A DNA stretch of 64,000 nucleotides from an uncultured Caulobacteraceae bacterium (GTDB lineage Bacteria; Pseudomonadota; Alphaproteobacteria; Caulobacterales; Caulobacteraceae), in assembly GCA_964242255.1 (NCBI GenBank), contig CAXTCO010000001.1, positions 8,539 through 72,538 of the forward strand, given 5' to 3'. Position 1 is the first letter of the stretch; each line of letters begins with the position of its first letter. Below, in pieces: positions 11,972 through 23,378 of this stretch. The notes below the pieces were generated by a model. It ran no database searches and was not told the DNA's origin. It saw only the letters and a list, made by a program, of their open reading frames with translations. Position numbers and translations under genes: made by a program.

Positions 11972-12469
11972 TCAGCGGTAGGGAGCGTCGAGCTCCAGGT
12001 TCTTGGCGATCTCGCGCTCCCAGCGGTCGCCGTTTGCGAGCAGGCGCTCCTTGTCGTAGTAGAGCTCCTCGCGGGTCTCCGTGGAGAACTCGAAGTTGGG
12101 GCCCTCCACGATGGCGTCCACCGGGCAGGCCTCCTGGCACAGGCCGCAGTAGATGCACTTCACCATGTCGATGTCGTAGCGCGTGGTGCGGCGGCTGCCG
12201 TCGGCGCGGGGCTCGGCGTCGATGTAGATGGCCTGGGCGGGGCAGACGGCCTCGCACAGCTTGCAGGCGATGCAGCGCTCCTCGCCGTTGGGGTAGCGGC
12301 GCAGGGCGTGCTCGCCCCGGAAGCGCGGCGACAGCGGCCCCTTCTCGTTGGGGTAGAAGATCGTCGCCTTGGGCTTGAGCATGTATTTCACCGCCAGCCC
12401 GAAGGCGCCGACGAAGTCCAAGAGCGCCGCGCCCTTCACGGCCTGGGTGATGCGGGCTCCGAGAGCCAT
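11972..12469 (-). CDS. nuoI: NADH-quinone oxidoreductase subunit I (2x[4Fe-4S] ferredoxin)
   Basis: 165 aa. [12 protein letters not shown] and [12 protein letters not shown] motifs. Confidence 0.95.
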   Translation of the reverse strand: MALGARITQAVKGAALLDFVGAFGLAVKYMLKPKATIFYPNEKGPLSPRFRGEHALRRYPNGEERCIACKLCEAVCPAQAIYIDAEPRADGSRRTTRYDIDMVKCIYCGLCQEACPVDAIVEGPNFEFSTETREELYYDKERLLANGDRWEREIAKNLELDAPYR

Positions 12470-12491
12470 GGAAACTCCTTAGACCCAGATA

Positions 12492-13559
12492 CTAGGACTG
12501 GACGCCGAACACGCGCCAGGCGCTGACGAGCACGACCGCGGCGATCGAGGTGGGCAGGAAAATCTTCCAGCCCAGCCGCATCAGCTGGTCGTAGCGGTAG
12601 CGGGGCACGATCGCCTTGGCCATGGCGATCATGAAGAACCAGAACACGATCTTGGCCGCGAAGAACACGAAGCCGTGCAGGCTGCGGAAGAATCCGGGCG
12701 CGTTCTGCAGGTAGCCCTCCGGCCACGGCGCATGCCAGCCGCCGCAGAACAGGATGCTGATCATCGCGCACATCAGCACGATGTTGGCGTATTCGCCGAT
12801 CATGAACAGCAGGTAGGGCGTGGAGCTGTACTCCACTTGGTAACCGGCCACGAGCTCCGACTCCGCCTCGGGCAGGTCGAACGGCGGGCGGTTGGTCTCG
12901 GCCAGGGCGGAGATGTAGAACACCCACATCATCACGATCATCACGGGCGCGAGGATCAGGTTGCGCAAACCCCCTCCCCCCAGCACGTTCCAGTTCCAGA
13001 ACCCGCCGTCCTGCGCGTTGACGATGGTGGACAGGTTCATCGACCCGGCCAGGATCACCACGTTAATGATCACGAGCCCGATGGACACCTCGTAGCTCAC
13101 CATCTGCGCCGCCGAGCGCAGCCCGCCCAGGAACGGATACTTGGAGTTGCTCGCCCACCCGCCCATGATGATGCCGTAGACGCCGAGCGACGACACGCCC
13201 AAGAGGTAGAGGATGCCGACGTTCAGGTTGGCGATCACCCAGCCCGGCCCGGCCGGGATCACCGCCCAGCCGATGAAGGCCAGGACGAAGCTCAGCATGG
13301 GCGCCAGCAGGAAGACGAACTTGTCCGCCCCCGCCGGGATGGTGATCTCCTTCAGCACGAACTTGGCGAAGTCGGCGAAGGATTGCATCAGCCCGAACGG
13401 GCCGACGACGTTGGGCCCTTTCCTCATCTGCACGCCCGCCCAGATCTTGCGGTCGGCGAGCAGCAGGAAGGCGAGGCTGACGAGCACAGCCACCACGAAC
13501 AGGAGCACCTGTCCAAGGGTCAGCAGCGTCCAACCGACGGGCGTGGTCCAGGCGTTCAC
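12492..13559 (-). CDS. nuoH: NADH-quinone oxidoreductase subunit H
   Basis: 355-aa polytopic ND1/NuoH-type ORF in operon position. Confidence 0.93.
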   Translation of the reverse strand: MNAWTTPVGWTLLTLGQVLLFVVAVLVSLAFLLLADRKIWAGVQMRKGPNVVGPFGLMQSFADFAKFVLKEITIPAGADKFVFLLAPMLSFVLAFIGWAVIPAGPGWVIANLNVGILYLLGVSSLGVYGIIMGGWASNSKYPFLGGLRSAAQMVSYEVSIGLVIINVVILAGSMNLSTIVNAQDGGFWNWNVLGGGGLRNLILAPVMIVMMWVFYISALAETNRPPFDLPEAESELVAGYQVEYSSTPYLLFMIGEYANIVLMCAMISILFCGGWHAPWPEGYLQNAPGFFRSLHGFVFFAAKIVFWFFMIAMAKAIVPRYRYDQLMRLGWKIFLPTSIAAVVLVSAWRVFGVQS

Positions 13560-13563
13560 GCGA

Positions 13564-15621
13564 TCACTCCGCCGCGATCCTGTGCGCGCCCGAGTGCAGG
13601 GCGGAGCAATCGGCCATGGTCACGCTGGCGCGCGCGATGGGGTTGGTCATGTAGTAGTCGCGCACGGCGGCGTGGAACGGCGCGGCGTCCACCTCGCCCG
13701 CCGCGTAGAGCGCGGAGGCGTCCAGCGTCCCGGCCGTGAGGTGGCCCTGCGTGTAGTCCACCTCGGCGAAGGTGGGGTGGTCGGCCATCAGGCGGGCGCG
13801 CAGCTCGTCGAGCGTATCGTAGGGCAGCGTGGCGCCCAGCTCGGCGGAGAGGGCGCGCAGGATGGCCCAGTCGTCCTTGGCCTCGCCCTTGGGGAAGATG
13901 GCGCGGGGGGCGAGCTGCACCCGGCCCTCCGTGTTGACGTAGATCCCGTCCTTCTCCGTGTAGGCGGCGCCCGGCAGGACCACGTCGGCGCGGTTGGCCC
14001 CGGCGTCGCCGTGGCTGCCCTGGTAGACGACGAAGGTCTCGCGGCCGACGCCCGACAGGTCGAGCTCGTCGGCGCCGAGCAGGAACAGCACGTCCAGCGC
14101 GCCCGGCTTGAGCATGGCGGCCGTGTCGAAGCCGCCCGCGCGGGGGATGAAGCCCATGTCGAGGCCGCCGACCCGGCTGGCGGCCGTGTGCAGCACGGCG
14201 AGCCCGTTCCAGCCGTCGCGCACGAGGCCCGGGTGCAGGCCGGCGGCGAGCGCCGCCACGGCCGCGCCGTCCGCCCGGCCAAGCGCGCCGCCGCCCAGGA
14301 TCACCATGGGCGTCTTCGCCTCGGCGAACACGCGGCCGAACTCGGTCTCGCCGAGTCGCCGCAGGCTCCCCACGCCCGCGCCCAGATGCTCGTGCGGGTA
14401 GCTCAGCTCGGCCGGCGCGCCGACCAGGCCCACGCGCGTCTTGCCCTGCAGCCAGCCCTTGCGGATGCGGGCGTTCATGACCGCCGCCTCCAGCCGAGGG
14501 TTGGTCCCGACCAGCAGGATCACGTCGGCGTCCTCGACGCCGGTGATCCCCGGATTGAACAGCCAACTCTCGCGCGGGCCACGGCCCAGCTGCGAGCCGT
14601 CCTGCCGGCAGTCCAGGTTCTTCACGCCCATCGCGGAGAACAGGTCCATGGCCGCCTTCATGGACTCGGCGTCCTGCAGGTCGCCCGCAATCACGCCCAC
14701 CCGGTCGGGCGAGGCGGCGCGCAAGCGGCCGGCGACGGCGGCGAAGGCCTGGCCCCACGTGGCCGCGCGCAGGCGGCCGTCGACGCGCACGTAGGGCCGG
14801 TCCAGGCGCTGGCGCATGAGACCGTCCGTGGCGTGGCGCGTCTTGTCGCTGATCCATTCCTCGTTGATCCGCTCGTTCACGCGCGGCTGGATGCGCATCA
14901 CCTCCGCACCCTTGGCGTCCACGCGGATCGCCGAGCCGAGCGCGTCGTGCACGTCGATCGACTCGGTCTTCTTCAGCTCCCACGGCCGGGCGTTGAAGGC
15001 GTAGGGCCGCGAGGTGAGCGCGCCCACCGGGCACACGTCCACGAGGTTGCCGCTGAGCTCGCTGGTGACCGCCTGCTCCAGGTAGGTGGTGATCTCCGCA
15101 TCCTCGCCGCGGCCGGTCATGCCGAGCTCGGGCACGCCCGCCACCTCGGTGGCGAAGCGCACGCAGCGGGTGCACTGGATGCACCGCGTCATCACCGTCT
15201 TGATGAGCGGGCCCATGAACTTCTCTTCGACGGCCCGCTTGTTCTCGGCGAAGCGGGTGTCGTCGCGGCCGTAGCCCAGCGCCTGGTCCTGCAGGTCGCA
15301 CTCGCCGCCCTGGTCGCAGATCGGGCAGTCGAGCGGGTGGTTGATGAGCAGGAACTCCATCACCCCCTTGCGCGCCTTCTGGACCATGGCGCTGTCGGTG
15401 AAGATCTCCTGCTTGTCGGCGGCCGGCAGCGCGCAGCTGGCCTGCGGCTTGGGCGGGCCGGGCTTCACCTCGACGAGGCACATGCGGCAGTTGCCGGCGA
15501 TGGACAGGCGCTCGTGGTAGCAGAAGCGCGGGATCTCGACGCCCGCGCGCTCGGCCACCTGCAGCACGGTCATGCCGGGTTCGAACTCGACGGCGACGCC
15601 GTTGACGGTGGCTGTGGGCAT
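13564..15621 (-). CDS. nuoG: NADH-quinone oxidoreductase subunit G
   Basis: ATG 15621 ([16 protein letters not shown]), 685 aa. Fe-S motifs [42 protein letters not shown]. Confidence 0.93.
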   Translation of the reverse strand: MPTATVNGVAVEFEPGMTVLQVAERAGVEIPRFCYHERLSIAGNCRMCLVEVKPGPPKPQASCALPAADKQEIFTDSAMVQKARKGVMEFLLINHPLDCPICDQGGECDLQDQALGYGRDDTRFAENKRAVEEKFMGPLIKTVMTRCIQCTRCVRFATEVAGVPELGMTGRGEDAEITTYLEQAVTSELSGNLVDVCPVGALTSRPYAFNARPWELKKTESIDVHDALGSAIRVDAKGAEVMRIQPRVNERINEEWISDKTRHATDGLMRQRLDRPYVRVDGRLRAATWGQAFAAVAGRLRAASPDRVGVIAGDLQDAESMKAAMDLFSAMGVKNLDCRQDGSQLGRGPRESWLFNPGITGVEDADVILLVGTNPRLEAAVMNARIRKGWLQGKTRVGLVGAPAELSYPHEHLGAGVGSLRRLGETEFGRVFAEAKTPMVILGGGALGRADGAAVAALAAGLHPGLVRDGWNGLAVLHTAASRVGGLDMGFIPRAGGFDTAAMLKPGALDVLFLLGADELDLSGVGRETFVVYQGSHGDAGANRADVVLPGAAYTEKDGIYVNTEGRVQLAPRAIFPKGEAKDDWAILRALSAELGATLPYDTLDELRARLMADHPTFAEVDYTQGHLTAGTLDASALYAAGEVDAAPFHAAVRDYYMTNPIARASVTMADCSALHSGAHRIAAE

Positions 15622-15956
15622 CAGCGGGCGCTCCCGATCTCGATGACGAGGTCGCCGGCGTCCAAGGACGCGGACACGTCCGGCCGTACACGCCCACAAA
15701 GGGTCAGCAGCTGATCGGTGCTCGCGTTCCCTGACCGCACGTGCACCACGCGCGGGCCGCGGCCTGATCGCGCGAAGGCGATGTAGTCGTTGTCTTTCGT
15801 GACGATCACGGCGTTCATCTGTGGGGCCGCACGAGCGATGTCGAGGTCGGGCGCGGCGCTGAGGCCGAGCGCGCTCGTGTGATCGGCCTCGAAGCTTCGT
15901 GTCCGCAGCCAGCGCACCAGGGCGAGAGGAAGGTTCTCATCGACTAGGAACTTCAC
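15621..15956 (-). CDS. PIN-like nuclease domain protein (DUF5615 / Mut7-C type), putative toxin
   Basis: 111 codons from GTG 15956. KFLVDENLP ... VIVTKDNDY pattern of DUF5615. Stop shares one base with nuoG ATG (TGATG). Confidence 0.75.
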   Translation of the reverse strand: MKFLVDENLPLALVRWLRTRSFEADHTSALGLSAAPDLDIARAAPQMNAVIVTKDNDYIAFARSGRGPRVVHVRSGNASTDQLLTLCGRVRPDVSASLDAGDLVIEIGSAR

Positions 15957-16177
15957 TCAGCCGCCAGGACGGGGTGATCGAGCTGCTCCGAGGCGTAGCG
16001 GAGCACGGCGGCGAAGTCGGCAGCTTCCAGGCTCGGGTATTCGGCAAGGATCTCATCGTGCGACATCCCGCTGGCCAGGAGATCGAGAACGTCGGTCACC
16101 CGGACTCGCAGACCTCGCACGCAGGGCCGGCCAACCAGCTTGCCGGCTTCCACGGTGATGCGGTCGGCGACCAGCAC
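15953..16177 (-). CDS. DUF433 domain protein, putative antitoxin
   Basis: GTG 16177, 5 nt after nuoF stop, 74 aa. GRPCVRGLRVRVTDVLDLLASGMSHDEILAEYPSLEAADFAAVLRYA is the DUF433 signature. Stop overlaps the PIN-like start (GTGA). Confidence 0.75.
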   Translation of the reverse strand: MLVADRITVEAGKLVGRPCVRGLRVRVTDVLDLLASGMSHDEILAEYPSLEAADFAAVLRYASEQLDHPVLAAE

Positions 16178-16182
16178 GTGGC

Positions 16183-17502
16183 CTACTCCGCCGCCAGCAG
16201 GGTCGCGCCCTGCACGTGCGGCTTGGCCACGCGGTAGCTGGCGATCCGCGCCTCCACCTCGGGGCGGAAGTGGCGGAACAGGCCCTGGATCGGCCAGGCG
16301 GCCGCGTCGCCCAGGGCGCAGATGGTGTGGCCCTCCACCTGGCTGGCGACGTCGAGCAAGGTGTCGATCTCGCCCATCTCGGCCTCGCCGCGGGCCATGC
16401 GCTCCAGCACGCGCCACATCCAGCCGGTGCCCTCGCGGCAGGGGGTGCACTGGCCGCAGCTCTCGTGCTTGTAGAAATAGGCGATGCGGGCGATGGCGCG
16501 GACCAGGTCGGTGGACTTGTCCATCACGATCACCGCCGCGGTGCCGAGGCCGCTCTTCAGCTCGCGCAGCGAGTCGAAGTCCATCAACGCGGTCTCGCAC
16601 TGCTCGGCCGGGATCATGGGCACCGACGAGCCGCCGGGGATCACCGCCTTCAGGTTGCCCCAGCCGCCGCGCACGCCGCCGCAGTGCTCCTCGAGCAGCT
16701 GCTTGAGGGGGATGCTCATGGCCTCCTCCACGTTGCAGGGCTTCTGCACGTGGCCGGAGATGCTCATCACCTTGACGCCGGTGTTGTTCGGGCGGCCGAA
16801 GCCTGCGAACCACCCCGCCCCGCGGCGCAGGATCGTGCCCACCACCGCGATCGACTCGACGTTGTTCACCGTGGTGGGGCAGCCGTAGAGGCCCGCGCCC
16901 GCCGGGAACGGCGGCTTCAGCCGCGGCTGCCCCTTCTTGCCCTCCAGTGATTCGAGCAGCGCCGTCTCCTCGCCGCAGATGTAAGCGCCGGCGCCGTGGC
17001 TGACGTAGAGGTCGAAGTCCCAGCCGTGGACGTTGCCCGGCCCGATCAGCTTGGCCTCGTAGGCCTGGGCGATGGCCGCCTCCAGCCGCTCGCGCTCCAG
17101 CACGTATTCGCCGCGGATGTAGATGTAGCAGACGTGCGCCTGCATGCTGAACGAGGCCAGCAGGCAGCCCTCGATCAGGAGGTGCGGGTCGTGCCGCATG
17201 ATCTCCCGGTCCTTGCAGGTGCCGGGCTCGCTCTCGTCGGCGTTGACCACGAGGTAGTGCGGGCGGCCCGGCTTCACCTCCTTGGGCATGAACGACCACT
17301 TCAGCCCGGTGCCGAACCCTGCGCCCCCGCGGCCGCGCAGGCCGGACGCCTTGACCTGGTCGATGATCCAGGGACCGCCGAGCGCGATCATGTCGGCGGT
17401 GGCGTTCCACGCGCCCCGCGCCTTCGCCCCCTCCAGCCCCCAGTCGTGGAAGCCGTAGAGGTTGGTGAAGATGCGGTCCTTGTCTTCGAGGATGCCGACC
17501 AT
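16183..17502 (-). CDS. nuoF: NADH-quinone oxidoreductase subunit F
   Basis: 439 aa. FMN/NADH-binding region and [12 protein letters not shown] 4Fe-4S motif. Confidence 0.95.
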   Translation of the reverse strand: MVGILEDKDRIFTNLYGFHDWGLEGAKARGAWNATADMIALGGPWIIDQVKASGLRGRGGAGFGTGLKWSFMPKEVKPGRPHYLVVNADESEPGTCKDREIMRHDPHLLIEGCLLASFSMQAHVCYIYIRGEYVLERERLEAAIAQAYEAKLIGPGNVHGWDFDLYVSHGAGAYICGEETALLESLEGKKGQPRLKPPFPAGAGLYGCPTTVNNVESIAVVGTILRRGAGWFAGFGRPNNTGVKVMSISGHVQKPCNVEEAMSIPLKQLLEEHCGGVRGGWGNLKAVIPGGSSVPMIPAEQCETALMDFDSLRELKSGLGTAAVIVMDKSTDLVRAIARIAYFYKHESCGQCTPCREGTGWMWRVLERMARGEAEMGEIDTLLDVASQVEGHTICALGDAAAWPIQGLFRHFRPEVEARIASYRVAKPHVQGATLLAAE

Positions 17503-17631
17503 CGGGCGCTTGGAGTCTCAGCTCTCGGGCGTGGGGCCGGCGGCGCGCGCACGCGCGGTCGCAAGGCCGGGTGATTTGACGCTCATATAGGGCCTAAGAC
17601 CCCGCGGATCGACTGAGAACCGCTTGCAATT

Positions 17632-18300
17632 TCAGGCGGTCGCGGGCGCCGGCTGAGGCCTGTTGGGCAGTTCGACCGGATGCGCGGCCGAGCCGTCGTA
17701 GAGCGAAGGGTCGGTCAGCGTGGCCGCCCCGCCCTGGGGCTCGGAGCTGTGGCGGCCGACGCGCGAGCCCGGCTGAGGCGAGCCGCCGGCGCGGAACTCG
17801 GCGATGATGTCGCCCATGTCCTCGCCGGTCAGGTCCTCGAAGTAGTAGTCGTTGATTTGCGCCATCGGCGCGTTGGCGCAGGCGCCCAGGCACTCCACCT
17901 CCTGCCAGGTGAACTTGCCATCGGCGGAGAGCCTGTCCTTCGCCCCGATGTCGCGCTTGCAGCGCTCCATCAGCTCGCCGGCGCCGCGCAGGGCGCAGGG
18001 CGTGGTGCCGCAGATCTGGATCAGCGCCGCCGAGCCCACCGGGTCGAGCTGGAACATGGTGTAGAAGGTCGCCACCTCCAGCACGCGCACAACGGGCATG
18101 CTCAGGAGTTCGGCTATCGCGCGGATGGCGGGCTCGCTGACCCATCCCTCCTGCTTCTGCACCACCCACAGGAGCGGGATGGAGGCCGACTGCTTGCGGT
18201 GCGGCGGGAACTTGGCGAGCCAGCGCTCCACCTCCCGCTGCGACTCGGGCGTGAAGGCGAAGCTCGCGGGCTGGACGGGAGCGAGGCGGCGGACGGACAT
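17632..18300 (-). CDS. nuoE: NADH-quinone oxidoreductase subunit E
   Basis: 222 aa. Thioredoxin-like 2Fe-2S cysteines (CGTTPC ... CLGAC). C-terminal low-complexity extension. Confidence 0.93.
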   Translation of the reverse strand: MSVRRLAPVQPASFAFTPESQREVERWLAKFPPHRKQSASIPLLWVVQKQEGWVSEPAIRAIAELLSMPVVRVLEVATFYTMFQLDPVGSAALIQICGTTPCALRGAGELMERCKRDIGAKDRLSADGKFTWQEVECLGACANAPMAQINDYYFEDLTGEDMGDIIAEFRAGGSPQPGSRVGRHSSEPQGGAATLTDPSLYDGSAAHPVELPNRPQPAPATA

Positions 18301-18332
18301 GTAGGCCGTTTAGCGCCCGCGGGCGCGTCGTC

Positions 18333-18752
18333 CTAGCCCCGCGGGGCGGCGAAACGACCGGTGCGTGTAGAGCTCGTCAGGAAGGCCCGCCACTCCGAGT
18401 CGGAAGCCAGCCGCAGGTCGGCGACCAGCCAGGAGGTCGGCGGCAGGCGACGCACGGCCATGCGGCCCAGCGCCACGAACAGCCCCATCCACAAGAGGCT
18501 CAGCCACAGGGCCGACCCCCAGGAGTAGTCGGCGTCCTGGAACGCGTCGAAGAAGGCCGTGCGCACGATCAGCACGCCCGCGAGCGGGATGGCGGCCAGG
18601 AGCCCCGTCGCCAGGGCGAAGCGGCGCACGCCCATGGCCCGGCGCCGACGCGGCGAAATCATCAGCTGGCCGGCCACGCTCACCGCCAGCAGGGCGGCGA
18701 ACAGGGCGAAGTGACCCTCGCTCAGCTCGGGGCGGACCCACAGTCCCGTCAT
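18333..18752 (-). CDS. Hypothetical membrane protein inserted between nuoD and nuoE
   Basis: 139-aa ORF with about four hydrophobic segments (FALFAALLAVSVAG, LLAAIPLAGVLIV, ALWLSLLWMGLFVAL). Same strand as nuo. No family recognised. Confidence 0.55.
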   Translation of the reverse strand: MTGLWVRPELSEGHFALFAALLAVSVAGQLMISPRRRRAMGVRRFALATGLLAAIPLAGVLIVRTAFFDAFQDADYSWGSALWLSLLWMGLFVALGRMAVRRLPPTSWLVADLRLASDSEWRAFLTSSTRTGRFAAPRG

Positions 18753-18847
18753 GCGCGCGGCGCTTCCGTTGTTATCGAGCCGTCATAGATAGGCTGAACG
18801 GCGGCTGACCGGAAGCCGCGGAGACGCGGCGCGTCGTCGCTCCCGCC

Positions 18848-20068
18848 CTAACGGTCGATCTCGCCGAACACGATGTCGAGCGAGCCCAGGATCGCGCTTA
18901 CGTCGGCCAGCATGTGGCCGCGGTTCATCCAGTCCATCGCCTCCAGGTGCGGGAAGCCCGGCGCGCGGATCTTGCAGCGGTAAGGTTTGTTGGAGCCGTC
19001 GCTGACCAGGTATACGCCGAACTCGCCCTTGGGCGCCTCCACGCAGGCGTAGACCTCGCCGGCGGGCACGTGGAACCCTTCGGTGTAGAGCTTGAAGTGG
19101 TGGATCAGCGCCTCCATCGAGCGCTTCATCTCGGCGCGGCGCGGCGGGGCGACCTTGCCGTCCTCCGTCAGCACGGGGCCGGGCCGCTTCTTCAGTTGGC
19201 CGAGGCACTGCTCCATGATGCGGACCGACTGGCGCATCTCCTCGACCCGGCAGAGGTAGCGGTCGTAGCAGTCGCCGTTCTTGCCGACGGGGATGTCGAA
19301 CTCCAGCTCGGCGTAGTTGTCGTAGGGCTGCGACTTGCGCAGGTCCCAGGCCACGTCCGAGCCGCGCAGCATCACGCCGGTGAAGCCCCGGCGCACGGCC
19401 TCCTCCTTCGACACGACGCCGATGTCGACGTTGCGCGCCTTGAAGATGCGGTTGCCGGTGACCAGCGTCTCGATGTCGTCCAGCTTGGCGGGGAACGCCC
19501 TGCACCAATCGACCAGGTCGTCGATCAGCGCCGGCGGCAGGTCCTGGTGCACGCCGCCAGGGCGGAAGAAGTTGGCGTGGAGACGCGCCCCGCAGGCGCG
19601 CTCGTAGAAGATCATCAGCTTCTCGCGCTCCTCGAACCCCCACAGCGGCGGGGTGAGCGCGCCCACGTCCATCGCCTGCGTGGTCACGTTGAGCAGGTGG
19701 CTGAGGATGCGGCCGATCTCGTTGTAGAGCGTGCGGATCAGCTGGCCGCGGATCGGCACGTCGACGCCGATCATCTTCTCGATGGCGAGCACGTAGGCGT
19801 GCTCCTGGTTCATCGGGGCGACGTAGTCGAGGCGGTCGAAGTAGGGGATGTTCTGAAGGTGCGTACGCGCCTCCATCAGCTTCTCGGTGCCGCGGTGCAG
19901 CAGGCCGATATGCGGATCCACCCGCTCCACGACTTCGCCGTCGAGCTCCAGCACCAGGCGCAGCACGCCGTGGGCGGCCGGGTGCTGGGGACCGAAGTTG
20001 ATGTTGAAGTGGCGGACCTGCGTCTCTTCGGGCTGCAGGGTCGCCAGACCGCCCGCGTCGTCGGCCAT
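18848..20068 (-). CDS. nuoD: NADH-quinone oxidoreductase subunit D
   Basis: ATG 20068 ([15 protein letters not shown]), 406 aa. [18 protein letters not shown] motif. Confidence 0.95.
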   Translation of the reverse strand: MADDAGGLATLQPEETQVRHFNINFGPQHPAAHGVLRLVLELDGEVVERVDPHIGLLHRGTEKLMEARTHLQNIPYFDRLDYVAPMNQEHAYVLAIEKMIGVDVPIRGQLIRTLYNEIGRILSHLLNVTTQAMDVGALTPPLWGFEEREKLMIFYERACGARLHANFFRPGGVHQDLPPALIDDLVDWCRAFPAKLDDIETLVTGNRIFKARNVDIGVVSKEEAVRRGFTGVMLRGSDVAWDLRKSQPYDNYAELEFDIPVGKNGDCYDRYLCRVEEMRQSVRIMEQCLGQLKKRPGPVLTEDGKVAPPRRAEMKRSMEALIHHFKLYTEGFHVPAGEVYACVEAPKGEFGVYLVSDGSNKPYRCKIRAPGFPHLEAMDWMNRGHMLADVSAILGSLDIVFGEIDR

Positions 20069-20073
20069 GGTGC

Positions 20074-20790
20074 TTACGCCTTGCCTTGCGCCGCCAGCTT
20101 CTGGTCGGGCGTGTCGCCCTTCTCGTCGCCGGGCAGGATGTAGGGATAGCCCGTGCCGGGCTGGTTGGTGCGGTCGCCCTCCCACGGGGAGAGGAAGTCG
20201 AACTGGCGGAACTCCGCCGGCAGCTTCACGGGCTCGTAGACCACGCGCTTCAGCGCCTCGTCGTAGCGCACCTCGGTGTACCCCGTCATGGGGAAGTCCT
20301 TCCGCAGCGGGTGGCCGTGGAAGCCGTAGTCGGTGAGGATGCGGCGCAGGTCCGGATGGCCCTCGAAGAAGATCCCGAACATGTCGAACGCCTCGCGCTC
20401 GTACCAGTCGGCGTTGATGAACACCGGCGTGACCGAAGGCACAGGCGTGTCCTCGTCCGTCTGCACCTTCACGCGCAGGCGCACGTTCTTGGTGTAGCTG
20501 AGCAGGTGGTAGACCACGTCGAAGCGCCGCTCGCGCTCAGGGTAGTCTGCGCCGCACAGGTCGATCAGCTGCTGCATCTGGAAACGTGGGCTGTCGCGCA
20601 GCAGCGTCAGCAGCGCCACGATCTTCTGCGCCGGCGCGACCAGGGTCAGCTCGCCGAACGCCACGTGGGCGCTCACCGCCGCCCCGGCCGCGTCGGCCAG
20701 GATCTCGCGGCCGAACGCCGCCAGCGCCGCCTCGTCGAAGCGGGTCACCGACCTGTCGGCGGCGGGCGGGAGGACGGGCGAGCCGGTCAT
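20074..20790 (-). CDS. nuoC: NADH-quinone oxidoreductase subunit C
   Basis: ATG 20790 overlapping nuoB stop (ATGA), 238 aa. 30-kDa subunit family body. Confidence 0.9.
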   Translation of the reverse strand: MTGSPVLPPAADRSVTRFDEAALAAFGREILADAAGAAVSAHVAFGELTLVAPAQKIVALLTLLRDSPRFQMQQLIDLCGADYPERERRFDVVYHLLSYTKNVRLRVKVQTDEDTPVPSVTPVFINADWYEREAFDMFGIFFEGHPDLRRILTDYGFHGHPLRKDFPMTGYTEVRYDEALKRVVYEPVKLPAEFRQFDFLSPWEGDRTNQPGTGYPYILPGDEKGDTPDQKLAAQGKA

Positions 20791-21401
20791 CGCTCGATCG
20801 TTCCCGTGCGGCGGATCTTCTTCTGCAGCTGCAGGAGGCCATAGAGCAGCGCCTCCGCCGTCGGCGGGCAGCCGGGCACGTAGACGTCCACCGGCACCAC
20901 GCGGTCGCAGCCGCGCACCACGCTGTAGCTGTAGTGATAGTACCCGCCGCCGTTCGCGCAACTGCCCATGGAGAGCACGTAGCGGGGCTCCGGCATCTGG
21001 TCGTAGACCTTGCGCAGCGCCGGAGCCATCTTATTGGTCAGCGTGCCGGCCACGATCATCAGGTCGCTCTGCCGGGGCGAGGCGCGGGGCGCCATGCCGA
21101 AGCGCTCGGCGTCGTAGCGCGGCATGGAGGCGTGCATCATCTCCACGGCGCAGCAGGCCAAGCCGAACGTCATCCACATGAGCGAGCCTGTGCGCGCCCA
21201 TGTGATCACGTCGTCCAGTGCGGCGGTGACGAAGCCCTTGTCCGCCATGGCCCCGTTCAACTTGTCCAGGAACGGGTCGTGGACCTTGGGGTCGTAGCCC
21301 TCCACCGTCGCGCGCATGGCCGAGCCGGCCGCGAGCGGAGCGCCGCCGGCGGAGACCAGGCCCGCAGCGGGGCGCGTCAAGGTCGGCGAGTTCAGGCCCA
21401 T
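20787..21401 (-). CDS. nuoB: NADH-quinone oxidoreductase subunit B
   Basis: 204 aa. [27 protein letters not shown] cluster-N2 motifs. Confidence 0.95.
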   Translation of the reverse strand: MGLNSPTLTRPAAGLVSAGGAPLAAGSAMRATVEGYDPKVHDPFLDKLNGAMADKGFVTAALDDVITWARTGSLMWMTFGLACCAVEMMHASMPRYDAERFGMAPRASPRQSDLMIVAGTLTNKMAPALRKVYDQMPEPRYVLSMGSCANGGGYYHYSYSVVRGCDRVVPVDVYVPGCPPTAEALLYGLLQLQKKIRRTGTIER

Positions 21402-21405
21402 GCGA

Positions 21406-21795
21406 TCACTCCCACTCCAGGGCGCCTTTCTTCCACTCGTAGATGAAGCCCACGGTCAGCACGCCTAGAAAGATCATCATCGACCAGAAGGCGTAGACCT
21501 GCGCCGCGTGCGGCAGCTTCATCAGCGTCACGCCCCAGGGGAAAAGGAACGCCACCTCCAGATCGAAGATGATGAACAGGATGGACACCAGGTAGAAGCG
21601 CACGTCGAACTTCATCCGCGCGTCCTCGAACGCGTTGAAGCCGCACTCATAGGCGCTGATCTTCTCCGGGTCGGGGTGCTTGGGCGCCAGCACCCAGGCG
21701 GCGAGCATGAAGCCGAGGCCCAGCACGGTCGCCACGCCCAGGAAGATCACGATCGGCAGGTAGTCGAGGAGGAAGGCGTTCATCCGCTCGCTCAT
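21406..21795 (-). CDS. nuoA: NADH-quinone oxidoreductase subunit A
   Basis: 129-aa three-TM ORF. First gene of operon. YECGF motif. Confidence 0.9.
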   Translation of the reverse strand: MSERMNAFLLDYLPIVIFLGVATVLGLGFMLAAWVLAPKHPDPEKISAYECGFNAFEDARMKFDVRFYLVSILFIIFDLEVAFLFPWGVTLMKLPHAAQVYAFWSMMIFLGVLTVGFIYEWKKGALEWE

Positions 21796-21864
21796 ATGGG
21801 ACGACGCGCTTCTAGCCCAGCGCGGCCGTGCGCCGGAAGGGGTGCGAAGCCCGACGGCGCGCGC

Positions 21865-21893
21865 TTGACACTCCGGGGGGCGCCGCCTATCCC
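21865..21893 (+). promoter_or_regulatory. Candidate sigma70-type promoter for tRNA-Asp
   Basis: TTGACA (21865-21870), 17-nt spacer, TATCCC (21888-21893), about 40 nt upstream of the tRNA. Pattern match only. Confidence 0.4.
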
Positions 21894-21932
21894 ACGCCCC
21901 TCGCCGGACGGGGCCTCGCGCCCGCCTGCTCC

Positions 21933-22009
<77 letters not shown>

Positions 22010-22063
22010 CTTCCCGGCGTCCTCACACTCCGCCCCTCCGCTGGCGACCGCGCACGGGCCGGT

Positions 22064-23350
22064 GTGAGCGCCAGCGCCGAGTTCCTCTTCACCACCTTCG
22101 AGTTCGGCGGCCACGTGACGCCGGCGCTGGCGGTCGCCGCCCGGCTGCAGGCGCGGGGCCGCCGCGTCCTGGTGCTCTGCGACGAGGCCACGCGGCCGGA
22201 GGCGGAGGGCTTCGGCCTGCCGTTCCGCGCCTGGACCACCGCGCCGAACCGGCCGGACAAGGCGGTTGCGAACGAGCCCCTGCGCGACTGGGAGTGCGAG
22301 ACCCCGGCGGCCGTCGTCGAACTCCTCCTGGACAAGCTGATGACCGGGCCGGCCGCCGCCTACGCCGCGGACACGGCGGCGGCGCTGGACGCCAACCCCG
22401 GCGCGGAAGTCGTCAGCCAGGAGCTGCTGCTGGGCTGCATGCTCGCCGCCGAGGCGCGCGGGCGGCCGCTGACGCTGCTCACCGCCAACGTCTGGCCGCT
22501 GCCGACGCGCGACGACGTCCCGCCCTTCGGGCCTGGGCTGGAGCCGCCCCGCGACGACCAAGACGCATGGTTCCAGGGCCTTATACGAGAGGCGAGCCGC
22601 GCCTTCTATGACAGCGGCTTGCCCGACCTGAACGCGGCCCGCGCCACCCATGGCCTGCCGCCCCTCGCCCGCACACTGGATCAGATCGCAGCCGCCCGGC
22701 TGATCCTGCTCTCCGCGGCCCGCGCCTACGACTTCGCGCCCGGACCGCCGCCGGCGCCCTTCGTCTACGCCGGTCCGCAAGCGCGTGTGCCCGCCTGGGC
22801 CGCGCCGTGGGTGTCGCCCTGGCCGGCGGACGATCCCCGGCCGCTGGTGCTGGTCTCCTTCTCCACCCTCTACCAGGCGCAGGAGGCCGTGCTGCGCCGC
22901 GTGGTCGCCGCCCTGGAGCGGCTGCCGGTGCGCGCCGTCGTCACCCTCGGCCCGCAGCTCGATCCGTCGGACGTCCCGAGCGCGGCGGAGAACGTGCGCG
23001 TGCTGCCGAGCGCCAGCCATGACGCGCTGATGCCGCACCTCGCCGCCATGGTGACCCACGCGGGCCATGGCTCGGCGATCCGCCCGGTGCTGGCGGGGGT
23101 GCCGCTGCTGTGCCTGCCCATGGGCCGCGACCAGCCCGACAACGCCGCCCGCATCGCCGCCCGCGGCGCCGGCCTGCGGCTCGACCCGTCCGCCTCGCCC
23201 GAGGAGATCGCCGCGGCGCTGACACGCCTGCTCGAGGAACCCGCCTTTCGCGAGGCCGCCCGCCGCTGGGGGGCGCAGATCCATGCCGAGGGGCGGTCGG
23301 CCGGCGACGTGGCGGTCGCGGAACTCGGGCGGCTGCGGGATCCCGTGTGA
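22064..23350 (+). CDS. GT1-family (MGT/UDP-glycosyltransferase-like) glycosyltransferase
   Basis: 428-aa ORF. N-terminal FGGHVTPALAVAARLQARG. C-terminal nucleotide-sugar motif VTHAGHGSAIRPVLAGVPLLCLPMGRDQPDNAARIAARGAG. Confidence 0.8.
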   Translation: MSASAEFLFTTFEFGGHVTPALAVAARLQARGRRVLVLCDEATRPEAEGFGLPFRAWTTAPNRPDKAVANEPLRDWECETPAAVVELLLDKLMTGPAAAYAADTAAALDANPGAEVVSQELLLGCMLAAEARGRPLTLLTANVWPLPTRDDVPPFGPGLEPPRDDQDAWFQGLIREASRAFYDSGLPDLNAARATHGLPPLARTLDQIAAARLILLSAARAYDFAPGPPPAPFVYAGPQARVPAWAAPWVSPWPADDPRPLVLVSFSTLYQAQEAVLRRVVAALERLPVRAVVTLGPQLDPSDVPSAAENVRVLPSASHDALMPHLAAMVTHAGHGSAIRPVLAGVPLLCLPMGRDQPDNAARIAARGAGLRLDPSASPEEIAAALTRLLEEPAFREAARRWGAQIHAEGRSAGDVAVAELGRLRDPV

Positions 23351-23378
23351 CTTAGCGGCGGCCTCCTCGCGCCGGTGC

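Noticed and set aside
17518-17586. 22-codon micro-ORF (MSVKSPGLATARARAAGPTPES) in the 129-nt nuoE-nuoF spacer, with a TTGACGC hexamer on the opposite strand.
   Set aside because: It is too short, and its composition is indistinguishable from background GC bias. No RBS is evident. The hexamer faces a strand with no downstream gene.
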